Shown piece after piece: positions 1 to 9,468 of a stretch of 64,000 nt of DNA (within the stretch, counting starts at the first letter, position 1; the number at the start of each line of letters is the position of its first letter). A program made the translations under genes and the position numbers. Origin of the DNA: an uncultured Bacilli bacterium. Its GTDB lineage: Bacteria > Bacillota_I > Bacilli_A > RF39 > UBA660. Under the pieces are notes generated by a model, which saw nothing but the letters and a program-made list of their open reading frames with translations, was not told the DNA's origin and did not search any database. The stretch covers positions 88,758-152,757 of the forward strand of contig CAKPEZ010000002.1 of assembly GCA_934149465.1 (NCBI GenBank), in the 5' to 3' direction.

Positions 1-509
1 ATCATGATACTCGTAAATTTGGAAAGATGTATTTAATAAAGAAAGAAGATATTAATAAGATAGGTCCTTTAAAAGATCTTGGCTTAGAGCCATTTTCTTT
101 AGAACTTACATCTTCTTATTTAAAAGAAAAACTAAGAAATAAGAACTTACCTATAAAAAGTATTTTACTTGATCAAAGTATTATTACTGGTATTGGGAAT
201 ATCTATGCTGATGAGATATTATTTTTATCTAAGATAAATCCTTTAAAGAAAGGAAAAGATCTTAGTACTGATGAATTAGATAAGATTATTCTTAATACTA
301 GGAAGACCTTAAAAGAAGCAATTACTAAAGGAGGTACTACCATTCATAGTTATGCTTCAGTAGATGGAATAACTGGTAAATTTCAAAATGAATTACTAGT
401 TCATACTAAAGAAAATACTCCTTGTATTAATTGTCAAAGTAATATAGAAAAAATCAAAATAGGAGGAAGATCTACTTACTTTTGTCCTAATTGTCAGAAA
501 ATGAAATAA
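1..509 (+). CDS. mutM: Formamidopyrimidine-DNA glycosylase (Fpg/MutM), C-terminal portion; 5' end lies outside the window
   Basis: Reading frame is open from base 3, upstream of the listed ATG. Two C-x2-C pairs at the C-terminus (CINCQ...CPNCQ) are the Fpg zinc finger, preceded by an H2TH-like region. Confidence 0.75.
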   Translation, partial: HDTRKFGKMYLIKKEDINKIGPLKDLGLEPFSLELTSSYLKEKLRNKNLPIKSILLDQSIITGIGNIYADEILFLSKINPLKKGKDLSTDELDKIILNTRKTLKEAITKGGTTIHSYASVDGITGKFQNELLVHTKENTPCINCQSNIEKIKIGGRSTYFCPNCQKMK

Positions 510-852
510 CAAAGAATTATATATAATGATGTAAGGAATGATTAAAAATGGACGTATGGGAAGAAATGTATAATAAAGCAAAAAAAGAATAACACAAAGA
601 AAAAGTATCTCCTTTTATTGTTGCCCATTACGTAGTATCAGAAGTTAAAAAGCGAAGATGGAGAAATATTTACAGATTTTTGTATTGAAAGTACTAGCGG
701 AGTTATGAATTTATGCACCAAACGAGTAGTTGCTTTAAATATGCACATGAATACCGAAAAAAAGGTTAAATTAGTTGATGTACTTCCAAATTGGTGGGGA
801 GATAAACGTTATCACAATAAATGAAAGTATTATCAAAGAAAGTGTGAAATAA

Positions 853-1491
853 ATGGAATACGAAGTAAGATTTTATTATAGTACTGAGGAGCTAAACAGT
901 ATTTTAGAAAAACTAAAACAAGGGAAAAATTTAAATAGTCAGCCAAGAACTTATGAAAAGACTATTCAATATAATCATTGTGATTCAAAATATGATTTTT
1001 ATAGCAAAGAAATTGATGGAAGATTTAGACTTAGAATTTCATTAAATGAAATAAATACTAAATGTAAGCTTAGTTGGAAAAGAAGATTAAAAAATACTAC
1101 CGAAACAGAAGTAAATAAAGAAGAAGAAAAAGAAGTAAGAATTAATCCTGATGATATAGATAATTTTTTATTTATAATAAATAAAGTTATGCATTTTATA
1201 GTAGTTGAAAGTTATGAGAGATATAGAACGATATTTGAAAACGAAGAAGTGGAAATATCAGTTGATGAGTATCCATTTGGAGTATGTGTGGAGATAGAAA
1301 ATAAAAGTATCACAGGAGATCCGGAAGCTATTGTTAAAAAGTGGGTTAATATATTAGGGCTAAGAATTGAAGATGCATATAGATTATCTTGGGATGATAA
1401 ATACTTTGAGCTTTGCCAAGAACAAGGAATAGAAAATTTTAGAGAGGTAGCATTTGGTAAACCAATGCCATCTATAAAAAAGAAAAAATAA
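853..1491 (+). CDS. CYTH-domain protein (CyaB / thiamine-triphosphatase-like triphosphate tunnel enzyme)
   Basis: N-terminal EYEVRF (ExExK-like), RFRLRI, and C-terminal VDEYPFGVCVEIE matching the CYTH v-d-e-x-G-x-F-v-E-i-E block. Confidence 0.6.
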   Translation: MEYEVRFYYSTEELNSILEKLKQGKNLNSQPRTYEKTIQYNHCDSKYDFYSKEIDGRFRLRISLNEINTKCKLSWKRRLKNTTETEVNKEEEKEVRINPDDIDNFLFIINKVMHFIVVESYERYRTIFENEEVEISVDEYPFGVCVEIENKSITGDPEAIVKKWVNILGLRIEDAYRLSWDDKYFELCQEQGIENFREVAFGKPMPSIKKKK

Positions 1492-1587
1492 TTGAAATTA
1501 ACTTCTTCTAGATAATAAAAGAAGTTAATTTCTCTTTATTTTACTCAAGAAAGATGATACAATTAACTTAAAGAGGTGTAGTTAATT

Positions 1588-2514
1588 ATGGAAAAAAAGA
1601 AAATTGCAGTTTTAATACCATGTTATAATGAAGCAATTACTATTAAGAAAGTAGTAGAAGATTATAAAGAGGTATTACCAGAAGCAGATATTTATGTGTA
1701 TGATAATAATTCCACTGATGGTACTGACAAGATTGCTAAAGAAGCAGGAGCAATCGTAAGATATGAATATAAACAAGGAAAAGGTAATGTCATTAGAAGA
1801 ATGTTTAAAGATATAAATGCTGATTGTTACTTAATGATTGATGGTGATGATACTTATCCTAAAGAAAATGCCAGAGAAATGTGTGATCTTATTTTAGAAG
1901 GAAAAGCTGATATGGTAATAGGAGATAGACTTTCTTCAACATATTTTACAGAGAATAAAAGACCATTTCATAATTTTGGAAATAAGATAGTTCGTTTTTT
2001 AATAAATAAATTATTTAAGAATAATGTTAAAGATATTATGACTGGTTATAGAGCATTTAGTTATGAGTTTGTAAAGGGATTTCCAGTTTTATCAAAGGGA
2101 TTTGAAATAGAGACAGAGATGACTATTCATGCTGTTGATAAAAATTTTAAATTAGTAGAAATTCCAGTTACTTATAGAGATCGTCCTAAAGGATCAGCAT
2201 CTAAGTTAAATACTTATAGTGATGGATTTAAAGTATTAAAGACAATTGCAGTCTTATTTAAAGAATATAAGCCAGCATTCTTCTTTAATATATTATCAAT
2301 ATTACTTATATTAATATCTTTAATATTTATGGTGCCAGTATTTTTAGAATATTATAAGACTGGATTAGTTCCTAGATTTCCATCTTTAATAGTAGGATGT
2401 TTTATATTACTTGTAAGTATTTTATTATGGATTACAGGAATTATCTTACAAGTAATAACTAAGAAACATAAACAACTTTATGAGTTATATTTAATTAGAT
2501 TGGAGAAGAAGTAA
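1588..2514 (+). CDS. Family-2 glycosyltransferase, GtrB/DPM1-like polyprenyl-phosphate sugar synthase, with C-terminal TM helices
   Basis: IAVLIPCYNE start, YDNNSTDGT, DGDD DxD-like motif, two hydrophobic helices at the C-terminus. Overlaps the downstream GtrA-like gene at its stop. Confidence 0.75.
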   Translation: MEKKKIAVLIPCYNEAITIKKVVEDYKEVLPEADIYVYDNNSTDGTDKIAKEAGAIVRYEYKQGKGNVIRRMFKDINADCYLMIDGDDTYPKENAREMCDLILEGKADMVIGDRLSSTYFTENKRPFHNFGNKIVRFLINKLFKNNVKDIMTGYRAFSYEFVKGFPVLSKGFEIETEMTIHAVDKNFKLVEIPVTYRDRPKGSASKLNTYSDGFKVLKTIAVLFKEYKPAFFFNILSILLILISLIFMVPVFLEYYKTGLVPRFPSLIVGCFILLVSILLWITGIILQVITKKHKQLYELYLIRLEKK

Positions 2515-2897
2515 TGGATAAATTAATTAAGCAAATACTTAAATTTGGTGTAGTTGGAGGAATAGCTTTTTTAATAGATTATTCTTTATTATATATATTA
2601 ACAGAATACGCTAAAATACCAGTATTATATTCTTCAGTAATTTCTTTTTCAGTATCTGTAATATTTAATTATATCTTAAGTACTAAGTGGGTATTTACTA
2701 CTAAGGAAAAACAAACTTTAAAAGATTTTATTATCTTTGTTTTATTAAGTGTTATAGGTCTTGGAATTAATCAGTTAATTATGTATTTAGGAGTAGATAA
2801 ACTTAATATATATTATATGATTGTTAAGCTATTTGCAACCGCAGTAGTAATGGTTTATAACTTTATATCAAGAAAATTAATAATAGAAAAGAAATAA
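2514..2897 (+). CDS. GtrA-family small membrane protein (polyprenyl-phosphate sugar flippase-like)
   Basis: 127 aa, four predicted TM helices, KFGVVGGIAFLIDYSLLY start typical of the GtrA family. Translationally coupled to the upstream GT2. Confidence 0.7.
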   Translation: MDKLIKQILKFGVVGGIAFLIDYSLLYILTEYAKIPVLYSSVISFSVSVIFNYILSTKWVFTTKEKQTLKDFIIFVLLSVIGLGINQLIMYLGVDKLNIYYMIVKLFATAVVMVYNFISRKLIIEKK

Positions 2898-2908
2898 AGA
2901 AAGATCGG

Positions 2909-4528
2909 TTAAGATCTTTCTTTAATCATTAATGGAACACTTAGAAGAATAGGGAATATTAAGATAAATGGGAACATATATCTTAAAGAAAAAGATAGAG
3001 GAGTTGCACACATCATGCTAATCCACATAGCAAGATATGGAATATACAAAAGAGTATATTCTTTATTTTTATAACTACTTAATAGCATACTTATTATAAT
3101 AAGCCAAATACAAGTTCCAGGATAAAGATACTGAGAATATTTGTAATAGAAATTTTCTAATTTTTCCTCTATGCTGTTAGGAAATAAATCTTTTTGAAAT
3201 AAGTTATATCTTTCTTTTTGCGTTTCTACGTAGGTGTCAGTAGTATTACTAAAAACATCATAGTACATGTTATGACCATCAGTAATAAGGCCAACGCTCC
3301 AAAAACTTTCGGTTTGATAAGCATAACTTTCAATATAAATATCTAAATTTTTAAGAAGAATTGTTCCCCAGTTTTTTAAGAAACGCAATTTATTAATTTG
3401 TAAATATTCTCTATCAAAATCTTTATGCCATTTAATAGGATCAACAGTACCATGATTATAAGATTTTTTTATTTCTTCAAAACTTAGAAGATGACTTACT
3501 AGATCTTTTTCTCCTCTACTTAAGTTACCATTATTTGCAACCACTGCAGATATTTGTTGTAATGGAATAGCCATACTTTCTTGAAAATAGTGCTTTACGT
3601 TATATCTTTTTTGGATAATTTTATTTGCTGATGTGTTAATAATGAAAGGAACTAATAATAAGATAAGCATTTTTTTATTAAAATATTTCTTGCAACGAAT
3701 TATTAAGATAATACTTGTTATTATATAGATCACGAAAGCATTAGATCTAGTTAAGAACATAGTAGTATTAAGAATGATGTAGTAAATAATGAACTTCTTG
3801 TTACTTAGATATTCTCCTTTAGTTTCAATTATTTTCGTAAGAAGTAAGAATAAATAAATTAAAAGACTAGCAAATAATACATCTTTTACTGCAAATATTG
3901 AGTATGATGCGTATATAGGAGTAAATGCGTATATTCCAAGAATTATACTAAGAAGAATAGGAGATACTTTTCTTTTAGCAAGAAATGCTAGAGTGTAAGA
4001 TAAAGTAAAGATAATAAATAGCATTTGCAGAAAAGTAAATATTCCAAAGCCAATAATTCCATTTCCTAAGATATTATATCCTATCTTAATAGTAAAGATA
4101 TTTAGTAAATAGCTATATCCTATTGGATGCTGGGAAGAAGCTGCTCCTGGAGAAGTTAGTTGATAGAACGTGTCATAGTCTGCTCCACCAGGGAAAAACG
4201 TTAGATAAGAGATTATCCAAACAACAAATAGAGTAATAAAAGAGATTAAGAAGATCTTTTTTATTTGTTTATCTTGGTAATTAGAAGTATTAAGATTTAT
4301 TTTTTCTATTCTTTTTACTAAGAATTTTAAAATTAGAAAAGATAAGCTTCCTATTAAGATAAACTTGATAAATAAGAAGAAGTAATTAATATTACTAAGA
4401 AATCTAATAGTATTAGGATTATTCTTCATTAGTATTTCTATATTAATAGCAATACTTATTAATATAGATGTAATAATAATATTAAGATTATTTTTTATTT
4501 TTTCCTTCATAATTATACCTCGTTTCAT
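2909..4528 (-). CDS. Polytopic membrane protein, putative GT-C-fold glycosyltransferase (GtrC/YfhO-like partner of the GtrA/GtrB pair)
   Basis: 539 aa with more than 10 hydrophobic helices and an extracytoplasmic soluble domain. Position is convergent with the gtrA/gtrB-like genes. No specific motif recognised. Confidence 0.4.
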   Translation of the reverse strand: MKRGIIMKEKIKNNLNIIITSILISIAINIEILMKNNPNTIRFLSNINYFFLFIKFILIGSLSFLILKFLVKRIEKINLNTSNYQDKQIKKIFLISFITLFVVWIISYLTFFPGGADYDTFYQLTSPGAASSQHPIGYSYLLNIFTIKIGYNILGNGIIGFGIFTFLQMLFIIFTLSYTLAFLAKRKVSPILLSIILGIYAFTPIYASYSIFAVKDVLFASLLIYLFLLLTKIIETKGEYLSNKKFIIYYIILNTTMFLTRSNAFVIYIITSIILIIRCKKYFNKKMLILLLVPFIINTSANKIIQKRYNVKHYFQESMAIPLQQISAVVANNGNLSRGEKDLVSHLLSFEEIKKSYNHGTVDPIKWHKDFDREYLQINKLRFLKNWGTILLKNLDIYIESYAYQTESFWSVGLITDGHNMYYDVFSNTTDTYVETQKERYNLFQKDLFPNSIEEKLENFYYKYSQYLYPGTCIWLIIISMLLSSYKNKEYTLLYIPYLAMWISMMCATPLSFSLRYMFPFILIFPILLSVPLMIKERS

Positions 4529-4610
4529 AGAAGATTATATCATGATTTATCTTTAAGATAAAGATATTTACTTATTAAAGGATAAATGCTAAAATGAAAA
4601 TGGTGATATT

Positions 4611-6152
4611 ATGAACAAAATAAAAGAAATCTTAACAAAAAAAAGGATCTTAGTATTTCTTGCAATTACTCTTTGTATGTTAATAGCGTTATTCTTTGAT
4701 TTTAAAAAAGAAACTTTTGATGGAGATGAGATATATAGTTATACTTTAGCAACTTCTCCAAATGGTGGATTTATGGTAGGAAATGTTCCTTCTAATACTT
4801 TTACTAGTCCAGTAGTATATAATGAAGCTTTAACTTTAAATAAAGCAGATTTATTTCATTTTTATAAAGTATATTTAAATCAAGCTAATGATGTTCATCC
4901 TCCTTTTTATTATTTTCTTTTTAATTTAGCAGCATCTTTTAAATTAGATTATTTTACGAAATGGACAGGATTATCCTTAAACTTAATGTTTTTTCTTGTT
5001 ACTTTAGTATTTGTTTATCTTATTAGTAAGAAATTGACTAAGAATATATATGCTAGTATATTTATAACGCTTTTATATGGACTTAGTGTAGGAGCACTTA
5101 GTAATGAAACTTTTATTAGAATGTATATGCTATCTACTATGTTTGGAACTATCTTTATATATCTTTTATTATTACTTGATGATGATAATAGTAAGTTTTA
5201 CTTATATCCATTTATTACAGTAATAACTTATTTAGGCTTTATGACTCATTATTATTTTTTAGTATTTGCGTTTTTTGCTTCTTTATTTTATGTTATATAT
5301 TTACTTACTAATAAGAGATATAAGAAGTTAATATTATTTTCCGTATTTACTTTATTAGGAGTTATCTTAGGATTTATTACTTTTAGACCAGCTTATGATC
5401 ATATGTTTAAAGGCTATAGAGGAGTAGAGTCTTCAACTAATCTTACTAGTTCTAATTTAAAATATAATTTAGATAAGATGTATCCTAGATTTAATGAAGA
5501 AGCTTTTTATAGTGATTTTCCTATTGTTATTTTCTTATTTATAAGTACTTTAGTATATGCTTTATTAAAAGTTAATCCTAAGAAGTTAATAAAAGATAAT
5601 AGATATCTTATAATAATATTATTAACTATTCTTTCTTATTTCTTCTTAGTAGTAAAGATGATTCCTATCTTATCAACTAGATATATCTATATTATTTATC
5701 CATATATCTCTATAATACTAGTTACTTTTTTAAATAAATATCTACCTAAGAAATACTTTTCTTTAGTATCAGGATTACTTTTATTACTTTGCTTTATTAA
5801 TTTAGTTAGAATAAAACCTTCTTGGAGTAATAGTATTCCAAATAAGGAGAAAGATCTTATATATAAATATCAAGCTTATCCTTATATATGTGCAGTAGAA
5901 AGTGATTATCACTTAATAGGAAAAGCCCCTTTCTTAATGAAATTCTCTAAAATTTATATTTCTTTTGATTTTAATGAAGATAATATTAAAGATATTCTTT
6001 TATATTTAAAAGAAAATAATATTAATAAAGTTTTATTTGACTTATCTGTATTAAAAGATGAGAATAAGTATTTAGATCTTCTTAAAGAAGATGATAACTA
6101 TGTTAATTCTTTTAAGACAGATATTGGTATAGTATATGAATACGCTTTTTAA
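4611..6152 (+). CDS. GT-C membrane glycosyltransferase of the PMT/ArnT (GT39/GT83) type
   Basis: 513 aa polytopic protein. First extracytoplasmic loop carries FDGDEIYSY (the DE motif of PMT/ArnT-type GT-C enzymes). Large C-terminal soluble domain. Confidence 0.55.
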   Translation: MNKIKEILTKKRILVFLAITLCMLIALFFDFKKETFDGDEIYSYTLATSPNGGFMVGNVPSNTFTSPVVYNEALTLNKADLFHFYKVYLNQANDVHPPFYYFLFNLAASFKLDYFTKWTGLSLNLMFFLVTLVFVYLISKKLTKNIYASIFITLLYGLSVGALSNETFIRMYMLSTMFGTIFIYLLLLLDDDNSKFYLYPFITVITYLGFMTHYYFLVFAFFASLFYVIYLLTNKRYKKLILFSVFTLLGVILGFITFRPAYDHMFKGYRGVESSTNLTSSNLKYNLDKMYPRFNEEAFYSDFPIVIFLFISTLVYALLKVNPKKLIKDNRYLIIILLTILSYFFLVVKMIPILSTRYIYIIYPYISIILVTFLNKYLPKKYFSLVSGLLLLLCFINLVRIKPSWSNSIPNKEKDLIYKYQAYPYICAVESDYHLIGKAPFLMKFSKIYISFDFNEDNIKDILLYLKENNINKVLFDLSVLKDENKYLDLLKEDDNYVNSFKTDIGIVYEYAF

Positions 6153-6167
6153 AGGAGATAATTAAGT

Positions 6168-7133
6168 ATGATTGGTGTTTTAATTCCTAGTTTAAATCCT
6201 GATGATAGGTTAATTACTTTAGTAAAAGAATTAAAAAATAATAAGATAGATAATATTTTTATAGTAAATGATGGATCTTCTTTAGAATATGATAAATATT
6301 TTAAGAAGTGTGAAGATCTTGGGTGTATTGTGTTTAAGAATAAAGTAAATATGGGGAAGGGATATTCCTTAAAGAAAGGGATAAATAATATAAATAAAGA
6401 TTATCCTAATATAAAAGGAATAGTAACTGCTGATAGTGATGGTCAGCATTTAGTTAGAGATATTATAAGAGTTAAAGAAGTTCTAATGAAAGAAGATATT
6501 CTTGTATTAGGAGTAAGATGCTTTAATAATAAGAGTATTCCTATTAGAAGTAAGATAGGAAATAGATTTTCTTCTTTATATTTAAAGCTAATAAAAGGAA
6601 TATCTTTAGAAGATACTCAAACTGGATTAAGAGGAATTCCAAGAAAAGATTTTGATTATGCTTTAAATATAAAGGGAGATAGATTTGACTATGAAATGAA
6701 TTTTCTTTTAAATTTACAAGAAGAGTATACTACTATATTAATAGATACTATTTATAAAAAAGATCATACTAGTCATTTTAAGACAGTTATAGATTCTCTT
6801 AGAATATATAAATCATTAGGAATATCTTTCTTAATAGAATTATCTTCTTATTTAATATTTTTTCTTTTGTTAAGAAATAATATTTCTTTTATTATATCAG
6901 TAATTATCTTTGGAATATATAATTATACTTTATATAAATATATATTATCTTTAGATAAAAGATCTTCTTTAGTATATTTATTCTTCTTAGGAATAAACTT
7001 GCTAATTAATTATTTCTTATTAAAAGTAAATCTATTTTTTAAAGTTATATTTATCTTAATAATCTTTATAATTAAGTTTATTTTAATACAAAGATTATTG
7101 TTAAATAAGAAGAAATTATTATATAGATCTTGA
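6168..7133 (+). CDS. Second GT2 glycosyltransferase (GtrB/CsbB-like) with C-terminal TM region
   Basis: IGVLIPSLNPDD, VNDGSS, ADSDGQH motif, and a hydrophobic C-terminal third. Confidence 0.7.
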   Translation: MIGVLIPSLNPDDRLITLVKELKNNKIDNIFIVNDGSSLEYDKYFKKCEDLGCIVFKNKVNMGKGYSLKKGINNINKDYPNIKGIVTADSDGQHLVRDIIRVKEVLMKEDILVLGVRCFNNKSIPIRSKIGNRFSSLYLKLIKGISLEDTQTGLRGIPRKDFDYALNIKGDRFDYEMNFLLNLQEEYTTILIDTIYKKDHTSHFKTVIDSLRIYKSLGISFLIELSSYLIFFLLLRNNISFIISVIIFGIYNYTLYKYILSLDKRSSLVYLFFLGINLLINYFLLKVNLFFKVIFILIIFIIKFILIQRLLLNKKKLLYRS

Positions 7134-7326
7134 TTAATTAGATGGAATTTGTTAGAATTAAAGAGAAAGTAAGATAAGAAGAAAGAAGTGATATTTTTAT
7201 GAATAATTTATTAAATAATTCTTCTTACTACGTAAATAATATAATAAATAAATCTATACATATAAAACGTTAGAGTAATCTAATACGTTTTTTAGTATAG
7301 ATTTTTTTATACTTTAGAAAGAGAAT

Positions 7327-7355
7327 TTGCTTTTTAGAAGAAAATTTGCTATAAT
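7327..7355 (+). promoter_or_regulatory. Near-consensus sigma-A promoter (TTGCTT-17-TATAAT) upstream of the kinase-like gene
   Basis: TTGCTT at 7327-7332, 17-nt spacer, TATAAT at 7350-7355. The GGGGGA RBS and ATG at 7384 follow. Confidence 0.4.
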
Positions 7356-7383
7356 AAGTTCTACTTAAAAAAGGGGGATTGTT

Positions 7384-8136
7384 ATGGTATTTAGAAATTC
7401 TTCTGAACTTATAGATAAATTAAGAAAGATGAGAGAAATTGGCTTTGGAAGTCAGGGAACTGCGTATTATGATCCTATAACTAAGAAAGTATATAAAATA
7501 TTTTTCTATGCTTATGAAGAAGATTTTGAAGAAGATGAAGATACTTTATATAAAGAAAGTGAGTTATTAAAATTTAAAGATATTTCTAATGATACAGTGA
7601 TATTTCCTAAAGAATCTATTATCGTTAAAGATGAAATAGTTGGGTATATTACTCCTTTTGTAGAAGGAAAGAATTTAGATAGGATAGCTCCTTTAAAGAT
7701 AAATTATAATTCTTTTTTAATGGCAAGTGAGGTAGCACTTAGAGATATAGAAAAGCTTTCTTATGATAAAGTAGCAATGTACGATGTAATATATAATACT
7801 ATGTATAAAGATGGTTCACTTAAGATTATTGATACTGATGAATTTAGTTATAGTAGTAAGAGTATTGAAGAAATAAATCAAGATAATATGTATTTCTTTA
7901 ATACAGGGCTTATCTTATTTTTAACTTATGGTCTATTTGAAGAGTTTATTCAAAGTAATTCTAAATTATCTAGTTTATATTCTGATAAGAAGGATATAAT
8001 TACTTTTTTAAAAGTTTTTCGTGATAGATTAAGTAAAAAGGTAGGAAAAGAGATAATTACTTTAGAAGATGCTTCTTCTTGTTTAAATAAACATAAGATA
8101 AAAGATAAAAGAAATAGATTTATTCGTAATTATTAA
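7384..8136 (+). CDS. Protein-kinase-like fold protein (possible CotS/spore-coat-kinase-like or small-molecule kinase)
   Basis: Gly-rich loop GFGSQGTAYY followed by VYKIF (Lys), a D-x3-N segment YDVIYN and a DFG-like IIDTDEF, in a 250-aa protein. Confidence 0.4.
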   Translation: MVFRNSSELIDKLRKMREIGFGSQGTAYYDPITKKVYKIFFYAYEEDFEEDEDTLYKESELLKFKDISNDTVIFPKESIIVKDEIVGYITPFVEGKNLDRIAPLKINYNSFLMASEVALRDIEKLSYDKVAMYDVIYNTMYKDGSLKIIDTDEFSYSSKSIEEINQDNMYFFNTGLILFLTYGLFEEFIQSNSKLSSLYSDKKDIITFLKVFRDRLSKKVGKEIITLEDASSCLNKHKIKDKRNRFIRNY

Positions 8137-8152
8137 AAAGCTTCTTAAAAAA

Positions 8153-8377
8153 TTAAGAAGCTTTTTTTTCGGAGAAAATAACATTCATAAAAAGATAATA
8201 AATAGTAATTGGAACCATGATAGTAGTAATTAAGCAATAAGACCATACGGGTAAGTTTAGACTACTAGCAGGAACCGGATCGGTAGAAAAGCCAGATTTA
8301 GTTTTAATATACATTTCATATATTAAGAAAATAAGACTGGCTAGAGAAAATATGCTTGCTATGCATTTCTTTTTCAT
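8153..8377 (-). CDS. Small hydrophobic membrane protein (hypothetical)
   Basis: 74 aa with two predicted TM helices. The 3' end overlaps a bidirectional terminator hairpin, so it may be spurious. Confidence 0.3.
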   Translation of the reverse strand: MKKKCIASIFSLASLIFLIYEMYIKTKSGFSTDPVPASSLNLPVWSYCLITTIMVPITIYYLFMNVIFSEKKAS

Positions 8378-8427
8378 AAAGTTCTATAACCTCCATAAAA
8401 TATTCACTTCGTATCACTATTATAGGT

Positions 8428-8449
8428 CTTGACGACCTCTTTTGTCAAG
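8428..8449. promoter_or_regulatory. Inverted repeat CTTGAC-N10-GTCAAG, candidate operator
   Basis: Perfect 6-bp arms (8428-8433 and 8444-8449) 60 bp upstream of the small HTH gene. Confidence 0.25.
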
Positions 8450-8508
8450 AGTTCTATGATGTTAAAAAGTGTATCATAAAAAGTTACACTAATATAAAGA
8501 GGTAGTAT

Positions 8509-8697
8509 ATGAATAAAAAAAGAGTATTTATGATAAAATATGGCGATGGTTATTACGTTTTTAAATTAGAGCATCTTCTAGCTAGTATTAATAAGACAAA
8601 ATATTCTCTATCAAAAGAATTAGATATAGAATATAAAGTAATTAATAGATATGCTCATGGAGATCAAAATCTAGAGTTTACTAAAGATGAAAGTTAG
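8509..8697 (+). CDS. Small XRE-like helix-turn-helix protein
   Basis: 62 aa. SLSKELDIEYKVINRYAHG resembles the HTH_3 recognition-helix region. AGAGGTAG RBS upstream. Confidence 0.4.
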   Translation: MNKKRVFMIKYGDGYYVFKLEHLLASINKTKYSLSKELDIEYKVINRYAHGDQNLEFTKDES

Positions 8698-8763
8698 CGT
8701 CTTTTTTTATTTGCTAATAAATTTTAAATATGGTATAATAAAAAAAGAAGAAGGGAGATATTT

Positions 8764-9288
8764 ATGAATAAGACTTTAAAAAATATTTTAATAATAATAG
8801 GTTCTATTTTTGGCTTTGCGATATTAGCATTTATATTCTTTTTAGTAATTGGTATTTTCTTAGGAGCAGATGAGAAAACATTTACATCTCATGGATTTAC
8901 TATTACATTAACTGATGATTTCTATGAAAAGGATTATGCTTCTTTAACAGCATACTTTGAAAGCTCAGATGTAATAGTAACAGCATTAAAAGAAGATTTT
9001 ACCTCTTTAGAAGTAGTTGGACTTAATGCTTCTTCTAGTGTTTCTGATTATATGAAAGCAGTTTTTGAAACAAACGAATTTTCTGGAGATATTAAAAAAT
9101 CTTCAAATGGTAAGTATGAATATACTGAGTATAAAAGCAGTTCAAGTGGTAAAGAATTTTCTTATCTTATGGTTACTTTAAAAGGTAAAGATGCGTTTTG
9201 GTTAGTTAACTTTGCTTGTGAAAGTAAAAATATAGATGAATATCGTGAAAAATTCTTAAAATATGCAGATACTATTAAAGTTGATTAA
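8764..9288 (+). CDS. N-terminally membrane-anchored extracytoplasmic protein, function unknown
   Basis: One N-terminal TM helix, then a 140-aa soluble domain. Strong GGAG RBS. Confidence 0.45.
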   Translation: MNKTLKNILIIIGSIFGFAILAFIFFLVIGIFLGADEKTFTSHGFTITLTDDFYEKDYASLTAYFESSDVIVTALKEDFTSLEVVGLNASSSVSDYMKAVFETNEFSGDIKKSSNGKYEYTEYKSSSSGKEFSYLMVTLKGKDAFWLVNFACESKNIDEYREKFLKYADTIKVD

Positions 9289-9468
9289 AAAGAATAACTA
9301 ATTTATTTATTTGCTTAGCTAAAATATTAAAAATTGTTTATGTAAAGAAGCGTAAAGCTTCTTTTTTGTTATTTGGTTTATTAGATATAAGTATGCTATA
9401 ATGAGCTTAAGAAGAAGAAAAAGCATTTTTTTCTTTTTAAAAGCGATAAACTAAAATGGAGGATATAA

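Noticed and set aside
396-581. Many 60-100 aa antisense or overlapping ORFs in the track (396..581, 9771..10007, 12644..12829, 21240..21443, 22996..23232, 24049..24279, 24839..25024, 26978..27253, 30952..31390, 36068..36250, 37784..38080, 38228..38712, 39296..39520, 45665..45874, 47724..47927, 48622..48804, 50396..50584, 52939..53154, 54149..54403, 55038..55220, 62718..62978)
   Set aside because: Each lies inside or antisense to a well-supported gene. They have low-complexity K/I/L/F-rich translations expected from random ORFs in about 28% GC DNA, and no RBS.
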